DNA from: Rhodosorus marinus CCMP1338
Taxonomy: Eukaryota; Plantae; Rhodophyta
Reading direction: 5' to 3'
DNA length: 64,000 bases
NCBI GenBank assembly: GCA_029953675.1
Contig: JAMWBK010000006.1
Location: forward strand, 1,736,001-1,800,000
The translations under genes were made by a program, and so were the position numbers. Positions 1 to 12,112 of this stretch are shown one piece after another (the stretch's first letter is position 1; every line of letters starts with the position of its first letter). The notes under the pieces are model-generated. The model was not told the origin of the DNA, ran no database searches, and saw only the letters and a program-made list of their open reading frames with translations.

Positions 1-180
1 TGCGACGAAGAACTGTGTGGTGTGCTCCGAAACTCGGATCTCTATGACGACCTGTTGCTAAGAGCGCATGTGGAATTCAGCCGTATCCATAAGCACTTCC
101 AGGATGCTGGTGTGAAACTACCCAAGACCGTGTTGGCAAGATTTCTTGTAGACCAGGGCCTGGGATGGAAGCACAGCTGA
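1..180 (+). CDS. 3' end of an unidentified protein-coding gene running in from the window edge
   Basis: Frame 1 is open from base 1 to TGA at 178-180 (CDEELCGVLRNSDLYDDLLLRAHVEFSRIHKHFQDAGVKLPKTVLARFLVDQGLGWKHS*), protein-like composition; no family recognised. Confidence 0.4.
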   Translation, partial: CDEELCGVLRNSDLYDDLLLRAHVEFSRIHKHFQDAGVKLPKTVLARFLVDQGLGWKHS

Positions 181-483
181 TCAGCTCGCAGGGGCTCAAA
201 CCTGAACAAAGGAGTGACTGAGAAAAGTTTACCATAATATCTAATTGACTGGAGCCTGCCCAATCAAGAGACTCCCGTTTTTTGGTGGGCTTTGTCGAGG
301 CATATTTGACGAGCTCCATCCTTCTTTCTAACAAAAAGTTGTAAAATTAATTGGCGAGAAGAAAAAGCAGAGCCCCAAGCAAACAATGCTGGCTGGTGGA
401 GCAACATGGCCTTAATAATTTTCAAGAAAATGCAGATCTTGGACTCCAACATGTGCACTGATCATCTTCCTCCGTCGCTCGTG

Positions 484-2374
484 TTAGTCACTAAGGTATT
501 TGAGTGTGTCTTTCGCCACCTGGATTCCGGACGAGATAGCACCGTTCACTGTTGGGGTTGATCGATGATCGCCGCACACAAAAACACCTCGTCCAACCTG
601 TGAAAAAGCCAAGCGTAGCCGTACGTCAAGACCAGCCCATCTGTGAAACAGCGCAGGGTTCCAGGTCGTGCATACCTCAACGCCCTTGCTCGCAGAGAAG
701 GGTACATTCTGGGCGGGCTGAGAATACGGAATCTTATACGTCCTCAAATGTGTCCACTGGTTCACGTAGTCAGAACCCCACCATTCAGACATGTGAGATT
801 TCACCAACCGTTCGAGCTCTGCGTCAGATCGATGTACGTCGTCGCCAATAACCGTGGTTGAAACGAGTGTCTTTCCTACAGGAGCATAATTCGCAGAGAC
901 AGAACTTGGGAAGCAAGTATTCCCAACAACTCCCGCAGAACGACCTTCTCCGTTGAGGAATAGGATGGGTTTCTGTCCAGAAGGCAAAACATGGCAAAAA
1001 CACATCAGCCCCTGAACCTGACAAAAACTCAGGTCGGAAGAACGTACAGAAATTGGGGGAGGTTGATCCGACGAAAAGTACAAATTGGCGCAACCACGTG
1101 GCTTTGATGACTCAATTCGATCTCCGAAGAGAGCTGATGCCGCTGGTGGATCAGCGGCCACGACAATAACCTTCGCTTCAATTCTCTGGCCATCCTCAGT
1201 CTCAACCGTTCCTCCACCGCTTTCATTCATGCTGATGGATTTCACCCCTGTGTTTAGCTGAATTTTGTCCCTCAAGGGACCCGCAACATGCTGCGTTACA
1301 GCCCCGATACCTTTGAGAGGATTGTTTTTCCAACATGCTTAATGCAGTGAGCCATAACTGCAGCTTTTCGACGGTCTTCGCGTTTCCAATTTACCTTTGG
1401 ACGGCAACGATGCCGGAGCAGACAAGAACATTCTGAAAACGTATTCAAACATCCTTGAAGATTGTTCCTCCAGTGGTGCGAGGAAGATGCCTTGATAGAA
1501 AGGAGTGAAAAAGCGATCAATCATGCTCGAGGTGAACCCTTCTCTGCGGAGATATTCAGCGGTCGTATATTCATCCCTTTTGAAGCCACAGATTTTCACA
1601 GAGAAAATAGTAAATGATGTTGCCAAGACCAAGGCCCGAATCATTTCATGTTTCGTTTTCTTCGCACGTTGTCCTACCTCTGCAGGATGCTGTCCAAAGG
1701 GAGATTGGCGATTTTGGTGCGAAGGAGGGCTACTCTTGCCTTGTCCATGAAGGTACCAACTGGTGATACCAATGATTCTGGAGTGTCCTGGATTCTTCGG
1801 AGAGGGTCCTAAACATTTTGATATAGATTCTCAGTAAGTATACGACCAACTGCTAGTGAAAACGTTGTCCCGTTGCCCACAAAGACGCGGTTTCGAGGAG
1901 CGAACGAACTGGACTTACTGAAACAAGATGGTGAGCTCCTTCGCAGTAAACGAGCGCCCCGGGGAGGAACGGCTTCAGATCTAGTTGCTCGTAGTCAAGG
2001 CTGTCGAGGTCAAACATGTTTAGATCAGCACTGACCGGTGAATTAATTTAAACAAAGCATCTTTGTCGAGTTGATATCAGAACTTACAGCTCTCCTTGCT
2101 GAGGATATCCCTCGATAAAAACCTGAAACCCTCGGTCTAGGATGTACCCATCAACAACATCCGATCTGATCCTGCCGCCCACATCATCCGACTTCTCCAG
2201 AATCGTCATGGACAAATCCGATCGACCCTCTGAAATCAGCTTGGCAGCAGCCAGCCCAGAAACTCCCGCACCAACGATCACGACATCTTCCCTCGACGCT
2301 GAACATTGAACCTTCCCACGACTGGGACCTGCAACGGTACCCACCCCAGGCATCCATCCAGCAAATCCAATCAT
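484..2374 (-). CDS. Flavin-containing amine oxidoreductase / phytoene dehydrogenase-like FAD protein, multi-exon, probable plastid transit peptide
   Basis: Dinucleotide-binding VVIVGAGVSGLAAA...LEKSDDVGGRIRSD...DRGFQV at the N-terminus, LDYEQLDLKPFLPGA in a spliced exon, C-terminal VCGDHRSTPTVNGAISSG; GT-AG introns join the ORF-track pieces; N-terminal MIGFAGWMPGVG...VQCSAS resembles a transit peptide. Confidence 0.85.
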
Positions 2375-3068
2375 CACGTCAACCCTGTCTTATTTCAATT
2401 TTCCCACCACATCACAGCCTTCTTCACTCTCCCAAATATCCTGACCAAAACAACAATTCTCACTCCCACGCACCCAACCACTCCCCGAAACCGCACTGCT
2501 TATCAACGACCGAACCTCCTCTCGATCTTCATCTCTCCCCAATCTCAACCAAACCCACCCTGAAACAAACAAATCAGAATTGATTTTTCTCTCATTCACC
2601 CCTTTTTTTACCTTAACATTCCCAAAGTCAACGGGACGTCCCAGAGTTGATGTTGGGCCTATAATTAGAATAATTTATGGTGTTGATGCGTAACTCTGGC
2701 AGCTCAACTACCCCTGTGTGCCGATTTTTCGTTGCTATTCTATTTTTATGTTTCTAGCGAAGACTACTTAAGGTAGGCTTGGGCTAGATGATATGTATAG
2801 GGGTGTTGCCACGACCAGATTGTAGATGACATACTTCATTTATTTGCCATAATTCAATAAAAGCTACACAAATACACCCGTTTCCGTGCGTGAAGTTCAC
2901 GTCAGCTAAAGAATATTATCTGTTAATTGGTTAGCATGTAAATATCTTTCTCTAATATCTTAAAAGACTGGTGTAAGTATGTCCAATTAAAAGACTAAGT
3001 ACGACATAATCCATGTATGATTGGATGTAAAGAGTAAGCTTTTTTTAATTTTTATCAATGTGTCGTTG

Positions 3069-3093
3069 TATATATATATATATATATATATAT
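3069..3093. repeat. (TA)n microsatellite
   Basis: Run of about 12 TA units directly visible. Confidence 0.9.
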
Positions 3094-3132
3094 TAATTTT
3101 TTGCCGGGGTTGGGGTTTGTCACTGACGGGCT

Positions 3133-4836
3133 TCAAAAGATAAACTCCTCGGTGTGAACTCGGGAGGCTTGGACTTTGAGCTGAGAAAGGAACTCACGAA
3201 CATCCCTTACAAACTTACCTGGCCCGCATATGTATGCTTGGTAGTCGTGATTTTCTAGTTTCAGCTTTGATTGTAGGAGTTCTCTTGTTATCCGTCCACG
3301 AACCACGCCGGGATTGATCGGTTCCTCTGGATCAGTCACGGTCGTGGTCAGTTTGAAGCTTCCGTTACTGAAATTTAGACTGGATAGCTCATCAGCAAAT
3401 GCGCGGTCCTTCTCGTGGCGCTCAGAGTGGATGAAGGTGACCTCGACGTCCGTTTCTCGAAGTGATCTCGCGATTGCCATCATCGGTGTGATACCGATGC
3501 CAGCGGAAATCAATATGACTTGTCTCGGCAACTCAGGGACTCCCGACAAGTAGGGAGAGAGCTCTCCACCCACTGCGATGAGCTGAACTTTCGGGTACCC
3601 CTCGGCCTCATGCAGATATGTAGATGCTTCTCCACCCGTCATGTGTTTCACAGTGATCTCCATCTTGTGATCGCCTGCGCTAGCCGTTGGCACGCTCGTT
3701 ATGGTCCAGGATCGCTGGAGCTCTTTCCCAGAAGGGAGCGTTAAAGTGAAAGTTGCGTACTGTCCCGGTGTATATGGAATCAATTGACTCCCCCACAACG
3801 TGAACCTTTTGGTCGTGCCTGACTCGTTCATGGCTTGGGAATCAACCAGAACCATTTCCATAGGAAACAGTCCCTTTCCCTGCATCGGAAGATCCTCACC
3901 GTGACCTCGCCCATGTGCTGGAATAACGTCTGAGTAGTCAATCATCTCCCACTTGTACGGGCTTGCACCGTGGTGAAGGACGAACTGCTTGACATGGAAT
4001 CGTATGAGACGCCCTGCCCCTTCGTATTCAGCGTTTTTCCATTCAAGAAACGCATCACCAACGACCTGAACCACATTTCCGGTACCTTCGAAGTCCACAA
4101 AAATCAACCCAGCACGAGAGCATAGCTCGAGATTTCCAAGCGTCAAAAACATTCCGTTTCCACCATACTCGGGAATCACAAGCTCCACTGCGGAGTTGAC
4201 GACGATGAATCCTGGGAACCCGCCTCTATGGCTGACGTCGCAGTGACCATTGGGGTTGAGGGTTCCCAAGAAAGTGGTGTTTGACTTCTCGATAGCCTCG
4301 ATGGCCTCCGCGGACAGACTCTTGCCACGCGTCACGGGCTTTTCCATACATTGCCTCTGCCCCACTATTCTTCGTCTCTGAATATATTTTGGACAACCAG
4401 GAATAGCTTCTGCCACGTCCAAAACATAATCCTTGTCCGGCGCATACGCTTCCAGGTTGCCATTGGCCCTATACCTTATCCTCTTTTCAAAGTCCATTAC
4501 TATTATCGCCATTCTACGATCCGAGCAGGTCCGAAAATTCGTTAAAATAGGATCTTCGGGAAGAAAAGATGTCTTTTCCCCTCTGAAAATCGCCGTATGT
4601 TCATCCGGAGCGTCAAGGAACCCCGCCGGTCCGGTGACCTCTGACACCCATGGGTAGCCATCCTCGTCCAGAGACAACGCATAAACAACCCTCTGTTCTC
4701 GGAATAATTCAAATCTTCCAACATCAATGCTGGTTCCGAGATGCAGCTGAAGCCTGTTAGCCACCGCCCGAGTCCCGTCCTTCCCCTGAGCGATACGCTC
4801 ACCCTCATGAAACAAATACAGATTTTCGCCACCCAT
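3133..4836 (-). CDS. Pyridoxamine-5'-phosphate-oxidase-like (split-barrel FMN-binding) domains fused to an FNR-type FAD/NAD(P)-binding reductase; intronless, copy 1
   Basis: FHEGE start motif, CPKYIQRR, DVSHRGGFPGF, PEYGGNGMFLTLGNLE, then PGQYA, RSWTITS, SAGIGITPMMAI, YICGPGKF. Likely start is ATG 4836 (MGGENLYLFHEGE), by comparison with the paralog. Confidence 0.85.
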   Translation of the reverse strand: MGGENLYLFHEGERIAQGKDGTRAVANRLQLHLGTSIDVGRFELFREQRVVYALSLDEDGYPWVSEVTGPAGFLDAPDEHTAIFRGEKTSFLPEDPILTNFRTCSDRRMAIIVMDFEKRIRYRANGNLEAYAPDKDYVLDVAEAIPGCPKYIQRRRIVGQRQCMEKPVTRGKSLSAEAIEAIEKSNTTFLGTLNPNGHCDVSHRGGFPGFIVVNSAVELVIPEYGGNGMFLTLGNLELCSRAGLIFVDFEGTGNVVQVVGDAFLEWKNAEYEGAGRLIRFHVKQFVLHHGASPYKWEMIDYSDVIPAHGRGHGEDLPMQGKGLFPMEMVLVDSQAMNESGTTKRFTLWGSQLIPYTPGQYATFTLTLPSGKELQRSWTITSVPTASAGDHKMEITVKHMTGGEASTYLHEAEGYPKVQLIAVGGELSPYLSGVPELPRQVILISAGIGITPMMAIARSLRETDVEVTFIHSERHEKDRAFADELSSLNFSNGSFKLTTTVTDPEEPINPGVVRGRITRELLQSKLKLENHDYQAYICGPGKFVRDVREFLSQLKVQASRVHTEEFIF

Positions 4837-5551
4837 CTTTACTATGAAATTGACCTCTACAGAGCCACACTGACACACACCTACAAGTGCATCCATTGGT
4901 ATCTTTATACATGCTCGTGTCTAGCAACGTAACGAAATACTGGTCGACATACATAGCTCCCAAAACGAGGCCCACACTTTCCTCTTGAATCAGGCTCGAA
5001 TGACTTTTGCACAAACCCAAAATAGAAAAAAACTATTTTCTAGTAGAAATTACGAAACTGTCAGGAGATGATTTGGATTGATTTGCAATCAATATCTCGC
5101 CCGGATCCGCACCGATGCGGGCAGAGCAAGTCAAGCATTGTTCCTGAAAACCCATTGCGGTCTTGCGGTGCCTTTGGGATGAAATTTTTGTCTGCTTTCT
5201 TACCCCCTTCAGTTTAATGGTTAACCCACCCAGTGCAGTCTGGCTTCGGATAAAACTTATCCCTTTTGTTTCGGACTGCCTTTACAGTGCTGGCCACACA
5301 TCCGATTCTAAAGCTATGCCAGAGGTCCGGCAGGCTCAGTCTGATCTGGGCTCGTTTTACACTGAATTACTGTGATCACAGTTTGTGGAAGGAAAAGATT
5401 TGCTCTAATTTTTAATGGCGAGTAGCGTTCGACGTCCTTTTCCATCTGGAGACTCTCTTTGCGCGCTGCGTATTAGAACCGCAAAAGCCCGTACTACGTG
5501 GATTTTCCGCGATTGTTTACGAGCTTAAATGTAATAGTTTTAGTTCTAGTT

Positions 5552-7246
5552 TTAGAAGTTGAAAGCCTCAGTATTCAGATTTTTTGAGGGAATTCCGATT
5601 TCTAGCAAAGCCTTTGACACTTCCACCATGAATCGGTCAGGACCACAAAGGTAGACTGTCCAGCTTGTAGGATCATCCCCAAGCTCGGGTTCGAGCAACT
5701 GCTTCGTAATTCTTCCTCTGACTCGATTGTCTATCAGTGTTTCTGTCGAGTCGGTCACAGTTCTAATTAGCCGCAAATGTTCGTCAGTTGACCCCCTCCT
5801 ATCTAATTCCCCACCAAACGGTCTATCCTTCTCATGACGTTCCGAATGAGTAAACACAACATCGGCATCGTTCCTAAAGGCTCTCAGTCCCCTAAGAATC
5901 GCCATCATGGGGGTTATCCCCACACCACCTGATAGCAGAGCGATTTTCTTGGGTACCTCGTCTTCGTCAATGAAAGGGCTCAAGTCACCCCCAATTCCGG
6001 TCAACGTGACTTCCATTCCAAGCTCAGCCTTATCATGGAGCCAGTTGGAAATAACACCGCCGGGCTTGCGTTTCACGCTAATCTCCATTGTCACATCCCC
6101 TCTCGTTGCGGAATTTGCGGTTTCTGACAACGTCCAAGTTCTGGTGAAGTCGCCCAGCTCCGCTACATGGAAATCGAAGCTAGCATACTGACCAGGCAGG
6201 AACTTAACTGGTCTTGGAGCAAGGAATCGAAACGTAGACACTGAATCGCTCTCCTTTACCACCTTAACCATTTTGACCTGCACCGGGAACGGCCCTGCTC
6301 GGTCCTCTGACTGATCGTGCCCAGCTATCGTGGGGTTGTAGTCTGAAACCGCATTTAGTTTCCATTCGTACGGTTCAGATCCAGTGTAGAGGCGAAACTT
6401 CTTAACTTTAAAGCGAATGGCTCTAGTGCTACCCTCCAACGTCTCCTGAGGGTCCCAGTCTGAGTGCGCCTCACCCACCACCTGCAGAATATTTCCGGAA
6501 CCCTCATAGTCGATAAACAACAACCCAGCATGATGATCAACCTCGAGGTTCCCGCTGGAATTGAACATGCCGTTCCCACGGTACTCTGGCCACATAATTT
6601 CCGAGCTGGAAGGAACTCTCACGAACCCAGGGTTTCCCCCACGTAGATTAATATCTGCTCCAGTCTCCGGATTTCTCGTTCCAAAGATTAGAGTGTCTGC
6701 CTTCTGAATCATTGCTATCGCTTCTTTGGGCAGCTCAACGCCCGCTATTGCCTCGCTACTGGAAGTGGCTCTTCTACCGACAATAGATCTCCTCTGAATA
6801 TACTTTGGACAATTCGGAAACGCCTCTGCCACTCTAACCGCTACCTTTCCATTTGAAGACTCTGTAGCAAGAAATCGTCCATTCGTGCGGTACCGCCTCC
6901 TCTTGTCGAAATCAATCGCAAGCACTCCTATCTGGGTGTCACTCTGCTCTTCGAAAATCTCCCTCACCGGGTCACCGCGCACTAGGTGATCATTACTGAC
7001 GTCTACCTGCAGCGTGGTGGGGTCGGGTGCCTGAAAAAAGCCTTTCTCGCCACTTGCCTCACTGACCCAGACGTCTCCGTCGCCATCCACTGCCGCTACG
7101 TACACCATGCGGAGGTCGCGAAAGAACTCATTCCTCCCAAATTCCAGATCTATTCTGTCGCTAATACCCCTCTTCAGCTCCTCAGCGACGCCACGAGTGC
7201 CCGCCTTCACCTGCACTGCGATCTCTCCTTCGTGAAACTCCACCAT
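5552..7246 (-). CDS. PNPOx-like + FNR-type reductase fusion flavoprotein; intronless, tandem copy 2
   Basis: MVEFHEGE, CPKYIQRR, NLRGGNPGF, PEYRGNGMFNSSGNLE, PGQYA, RTWTLS, SGGVGITPMMAI, HSERHEKDR, YLCGPDRF; colinear with 3133-4836. Confidence 0.88.
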   Translation of the reverse strand: MVEFHEGEIAVQVKAGTRGVAEELKRGISDRIDLEFGRNEFFRDLRMVYVAAVDGDGDVWVSEASGEKGFFQAPDPTTLQVDVSNDHLVRGDPVREIFEEQSDTQIGVLAIDFDKRRRYRTNGRFLATESSNGKVAVRVAEAFPNCPKYIQRRSIVGRRATSSSEAIAGVELPKEAIAMIQKADTLIFGTRNPETGADINLRGGNPGFVRVPSSSEIMWPEYRGNGMFNSSGNLEVDHHAGLLFIDYEGSGNILQVVGEAHSDWDPQETLEGSTRAIRFKVKKFRLYTGSEPYEWKLNAVSDYNPTIAGHDQSEDRAGPFPVQVKMVKVVKESDSVSTFRFLAPRPVKFLPGQYASFDFHVAELGDFTRTWTLSETANSATRGDVTMEISVKRKPGGVISNWLHDKAELGMEVTLTGIGGDLSPFIDEDEVPKKIALLSGGVGITPMMAILRGLRAFRNDADVVFTHSERHEKDRPFGGELDRRGSTDEHLRLIRTVTDSTETLIDNRVRGRITKQLLEPELGDDPTSWTVYLCGPDRFMVEVSKALLEIGIPSKNLNTEAFNF

Positions 7247-9130
7247 CTTTGCCAGAAGTGGGATAACTAGTTACAGAACATATATATTTTTTAACGATCT
7301 TAATTCACAACTTCAAGAAAATGTGAGTCTATTCTGATGTTCTCCTCCTTCGAATCCCGATGAGTATCCATTTCTGGTGCCTTCTTATACTCTCGCAGTA
7401 AGCACAATCCTAGGAACTTTTGCTTATTAATTCCTGTGCCCCTCCTCAACAACATCACTTCCCCCACTCCCCCTCCCTTTCATTTCTACGCAGAACAAAT
7501 AGAACATCCACCCAATTTATTAAAACCAAATGAGCTGCAACGAACAGAGAAGTCTAAATATTCATGAAACGGTTTTTTTTTACATATTTCAGTACTTTTG
7601 TCGAACTATTTTCTATTTCTCCTTTACTCTAAGTGTGGCTAAGTTCTTCTTCCACTGACAGTCTGTCCAAAACAATACTTGTTTTCTCGTAGTTTTTGTC
7701 ATGTTCCCCTCAGATACACAGTGAAGCTTAAAACGTAATGAAACGTACATTTCGGTAAAATACAGGATTTTTCGGCATCTTTTCATGGTTTGGATAATTC
7801 TAAGAGTCGTTCTTCTGATCAACTTCGGACAGCCTGTCATTTATTTTTGTTTATTTTAGGGAGTGTAACTTCGGCAGCACCAATGTTACTCCCAAAGTCT
7901 TTCGGGAACAAGTGTTTTCCGGCCAAAAGAGTCTTCGTCCGTTTTCGAATGAACGAAATATTTAATAAGAGTTTGTTTGGTATTAAAATTGTGCGTTTCG
8001 TCGGGCGCGTGAGGTGAAATAGATGGATATTGTATTACGAATATTTTTGAACTCAATTGCGCGACCTTTTTTTTTATTTGATTTGACTTTTTTTTAAGAT
8101 GGAGGTGCGGAGGGGGCAGATTTGTGTTGGAGAACTTTCTTTGCTTTGCTCGCAGAAGGTGCAACGTGATTAGACCTTATGTGGTACAGTGTGATCGACG
8201 AGTAGCGATTCAATTCCGCACAGCAACCACTGAAAAGCTGCTGTTCCTCCATGGACACACGAAATGGTAGGATCGATTCGGTCATTCCAGAAGTCCAGAT
8301 TCGGGACATGGATGCAAACCGCCTTGTTTTTTGGTTGTGTTGGGCCTGGAGCGGTACTCTGTGGTCCGCCTAATGCCAACCCAGGTGCACACTGGGGTCA
8401 ATTCTGTGAAAGGGTGCCAGTCCTCGGCAAGTACCACCTTCCCGGTTTCCACTGGCTAGTACTGATGGTCAGGGCTACGCCTGTCCCGAGCGCCCTCTCG
8501 GATGGTATTGGGTGTTTGGACGGACAGAATTCAAACATAATACCCTTGAAATATGGCTAAACTATCAGGTACAAAGAAAACGCGCCACTAGAACTCTGCT
8601 GCGCGTCGTCAAATACATTGCGCCGACTTCCCACACCACCCAAACCGCCAAGAAAGACCTAGACCCCGTCCGTGAACTTTTCTGCAAGAGGGCTACGGGA
8701 GACCTTCGCTGTGGCTTGGAGACGCGTCGTGTAGTTCTCTGATCCCATTGCGATCCCCTCCGAAGGCAGCATCCGGATGCACTTTTCAATAGGCAAATAT
8801 TTCATAAAATACAATAGGTACTAGCCAGTCGTGTACATTACCGCGAAAAAAAGAAGATCGATCGGAACTAGATGTATCCTAAAGTGTATCTGGCCAACTA
8901 TCGATGGTTGGGTTTGGTTTGAGTCGGAGCGTTCTGGTTGCGGTTTTTGATGATGCCGTAGGGACCAGGGAGTTGTACTGGAACCATGACAGAGACGGAG
9001 GGGGATTCTCAAGAAGTGAGGACCAGGAAGCTGGAAGAAAGCAGTGCGTAAATTTTGTTGTTTGGGCTGTTGTTTTCCTCGGTATTTCACTTGTTCCTCA
9101 GTTGGCCATCGCTAGGTTCTTTAGCGATCG

Positions 9131-10550
9131 ATGAGATTTAAAACGCGCCTGCGAGTGGGACGGATATCTGCCTTGCTACGTAAGATCGTGCATCCATCAG
9201 CTCTGGAGTTTCTGAGACGTTCTATAGCGTGTGAATTAGCCGTTAAAAGTTGGCCCCTGAGTTCCTTGTTTTTCAGGCGTGGTGCAGGCTTTGCAGAAGG
9301 TTGATCGCAGGTGTATCCTGCACCTCACTCCTCAGGAGGACGATCAGGTTAGGTTGATCCTGCTTCCAACAGCGCTGAGCTCGGTGGCTGCTTATGCAGC
9401 ATTACCAAAGGTACACTTTGGCTGAGTACAAGAAGCTTCAAGATAATCGTCTGTTTGTTAAGGGCACTGAGGCTCAGTGCCGTTTTGATGTCCACCTTCG
9501 TTTGCTAGTCTTATTGGTTCGATGGATACAGAATTGAGAGCCAAAGCGGAAACAACATCGGCGTGGAGGTTGACCTTCAAAATTTGGATAGAGCGTAAGG
9601 AAGAATATCATTGTGTAGCTTGCTCAGGGAGCTCCGTTTCACTTACAGCTTCGAAACCATTTGCTCAGGCTAAAATCTGCATCAGGAGGGGATGAGGTCG
9701 TGATAAAGTTGGCGAAGAAGGGTGTACCCGTGCTCACGTTTGACATCCGTACAGCGGTATGATAATGGCTCGAGCGAATCTCTGCGTCCACGTCGTCTAG
9801 GTACTAACTCGGTATTCGTGCCAGTAGCTTGGACCTATTCTGCAAGATCTTCCAGTTTCTATCATGTCAAGCACGCGCCTCGAGGAATGCCGAGAAGCAG
9901 ATAGTGCAACGTTGCCGGGAGTTGTTTTGCCGTCGCTCGCAAACCTCTGCTCTGTTGTGGAGAGATTGAAAGCTCTTGGAAACCTCGCGTCTATCAAGAC
10001 TGTAGTTGGAGAACGATCAAGCTTTTCTATTGAGGTATGTGCTCTGTGCGAGGGAGTTTGCCGTTGCGATGTGCCCAGATTCTACCTGACATGTGTACGT
10101 ATTCGAAACCCCTACCACTAGGCATCATCTGATGCGGCGAACCTTTCAGCCTCGTATGAAGGTATTGAGTCTGCACAACACAATAGACTAGTTTTCTCCG
10201 GACCTCTTATCAGCGATGGTGCGCTGACTATAGAGACTGTTGCGCAGGGCTGGAAGTAGATCCGTCTTCGAGCACGGGCGAAGACCGTGAGTCTAAAGTT
10301 GAGCTGGAGGTCAAAAACTTTGGCAAAGCACTTTTCGCGCATCAGATACTCCCTGATCAAGTACTATGTTGTAAGGCGCGCTCATCTTCTCAAGCGAGGC
10401 GCGAGTGAAAACTGACCGTTTGTATTCGTAGATCTGCTTAGGAACAACGTCCTCGTCAAAGTATCCGCGGAAGCAGTTCAGATCAACTACCACGTAAGTT
10501 CATGAACAAGTCTCCGTACATCTGCAGCCTCAAGCGCTTGCTGATTGAAA
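9131..10550 (+). CDS. HUS1: HUS1 checkpoint clamp (9-1-1) subunit, multi-exon; 3' end approximate
   Basis: Spliced translation MRFKTRL...RVVQALQKVDRRCILHLTP...RIESQSGNNIGVEVDLQNLDRA...VVIKLAKKGVPVLTFDIRT...LPSLANLCSVVERLKALG...VELEVKNFGKALFAHQILPD matches the HUS1 motif order; gtaag/cag junctions. Confidence 0.8.
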
Positions 10551-11099
10551 CGCGGAACCATGCATCTGTGAAACTCAGATTCCAGTTCTGGCGAGTTGAT
10601 AGGGTATGAGAAAGTCAGCATGGCAAAGGAAAATCCTGCAGCCGCTGCTGTTAGCAAGCATGGATGTAATGGGAGTGCGAGAGAACAGTGACGAGCCCAT
10701 TCCAGAATATTTAAAAACCCTCAAGAGAAGGTTGTGACTGACAAGCAGTGTCCGGATTCTTCCTGACCTCTCGGGACTAGTAAAAAGCTGTCCCAAAATC
10801 TCAAAAACTCTCGGTTACACGAATTCGCAACTGACAAGAATACAGAAACTTGGATTGTAGTTCGAACTGAACGAGGCTCCTATACGGATGATCGTTGCAG
10901 GCTGCTCGTCGAGTTCGCATTGGCAGCAGTCCTCTTCGCCTGCGAGTGCTGGTTCGGTCAATAAATTGATCGGAACTACCCCCTGCTTAGGGTTCGAAGT
11001 TGACATCAGTCAAGAATAACCACCAGCCAGCATTCGGGTCCTGCATGTGCTGTCGGGGTTATTGATACGGTTTCGTTTGTGAACCGTGAAGATCGTTTC

Positions 11100-12112
11100 A
11101 TGGAGAGACATCCTGTTCCAGGCATCTGTGGTTGGATTGCAGCCGTGAAAGGCACCTCCGCAGACAGAAGGAGGGCAACGATCTGTGGAATGTCAACTCG
11201 GCGGTTGTTCGTTGCTATACCTCTCGGCCCGGCGATCAAAGCGCACATAAAGAACGTCGGGACATCTATTGATGAAGGAATTTTAGCTCGGGAGGATCAT
11301 GTGAGGAAGATCTCTTCTCACTTGTTGAGTGTTGCCCATGCCTCTTAACCAGTTTCGGCTTGAACTTGTTTTGTCCACGGTAGGGACGAGGACGAATTCT
11401 GAAGTTCCTACACGAGAGTGACTTCCACATCACACTCAACTTTCTCGGGAACGTACCTCCCGAAAACGTCGATATCTTGTCGCGGGAACTCCCTCCTTGC
11501 TTGATGAAGATCAAACCCTTTCGTCTCCATCTGGATGTGCTTGGAACTTTTCCTGGTACGGCAAAGAACCGCTCTGCTCAGAGCGAAAGCTTGTTGCTCA
11601 AGTTTTGCTCAATGTCGTTTACAGAGAAGAACATGAACAGAACCCGTTTGTTCTGGATGGGGGTGGACGGTGACATGGAAGCACTAAACGATCTAGAAAC
11701 GAGGGTCACAGACATAGTCAATGAGCATGCGATCATTCCAGATCGCAAACCTCCAAAGCCACGGGAAACTTTCACTCCACACATAACGATTGCGAGAGTG
11801 GCTATGAACGCGCAAAGGAGGACCAGGGTCGCAGTATACGAAGAAGTTCATTCGTTTGAACAGACTAACCATGATTCGTAAGTGACCTGAAAACCTAATA
11901 ATTGCTTTCGAACTAGATATCACAGGGCACGTTCCTCAATATTGCGCTATTCTAATCACCGTGGTGCGATCGTTGCTGTTCCCGGGGAAAAAAAATTCAG
12001 ATTCCAAGTCAACGAGGTCGCAATCTTTGAGACAGTCACAAGCAGAAATGGTCCATCCTACGTACCAATCGTCACCGTCCCTCTCAATACCAACCACGCC
12101 CGCTCCTCATGA
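11100..12112 (+). CDS. 2H phosphoesterase, LigT/ThpR (RNA 2',3'-cyclic phosphodiesterase) type, spliced; start may be ATG 11100 (transit-like) or 11190
   Basis: RLFVAIPL N-terminus, two HxT motifs (FHITLNFLG; FTPHITIARV), RLFWMGV, C-terminal EVAIFETVTSRNGPSYVPI ending at TGA 12112. Confidence 0.85.
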
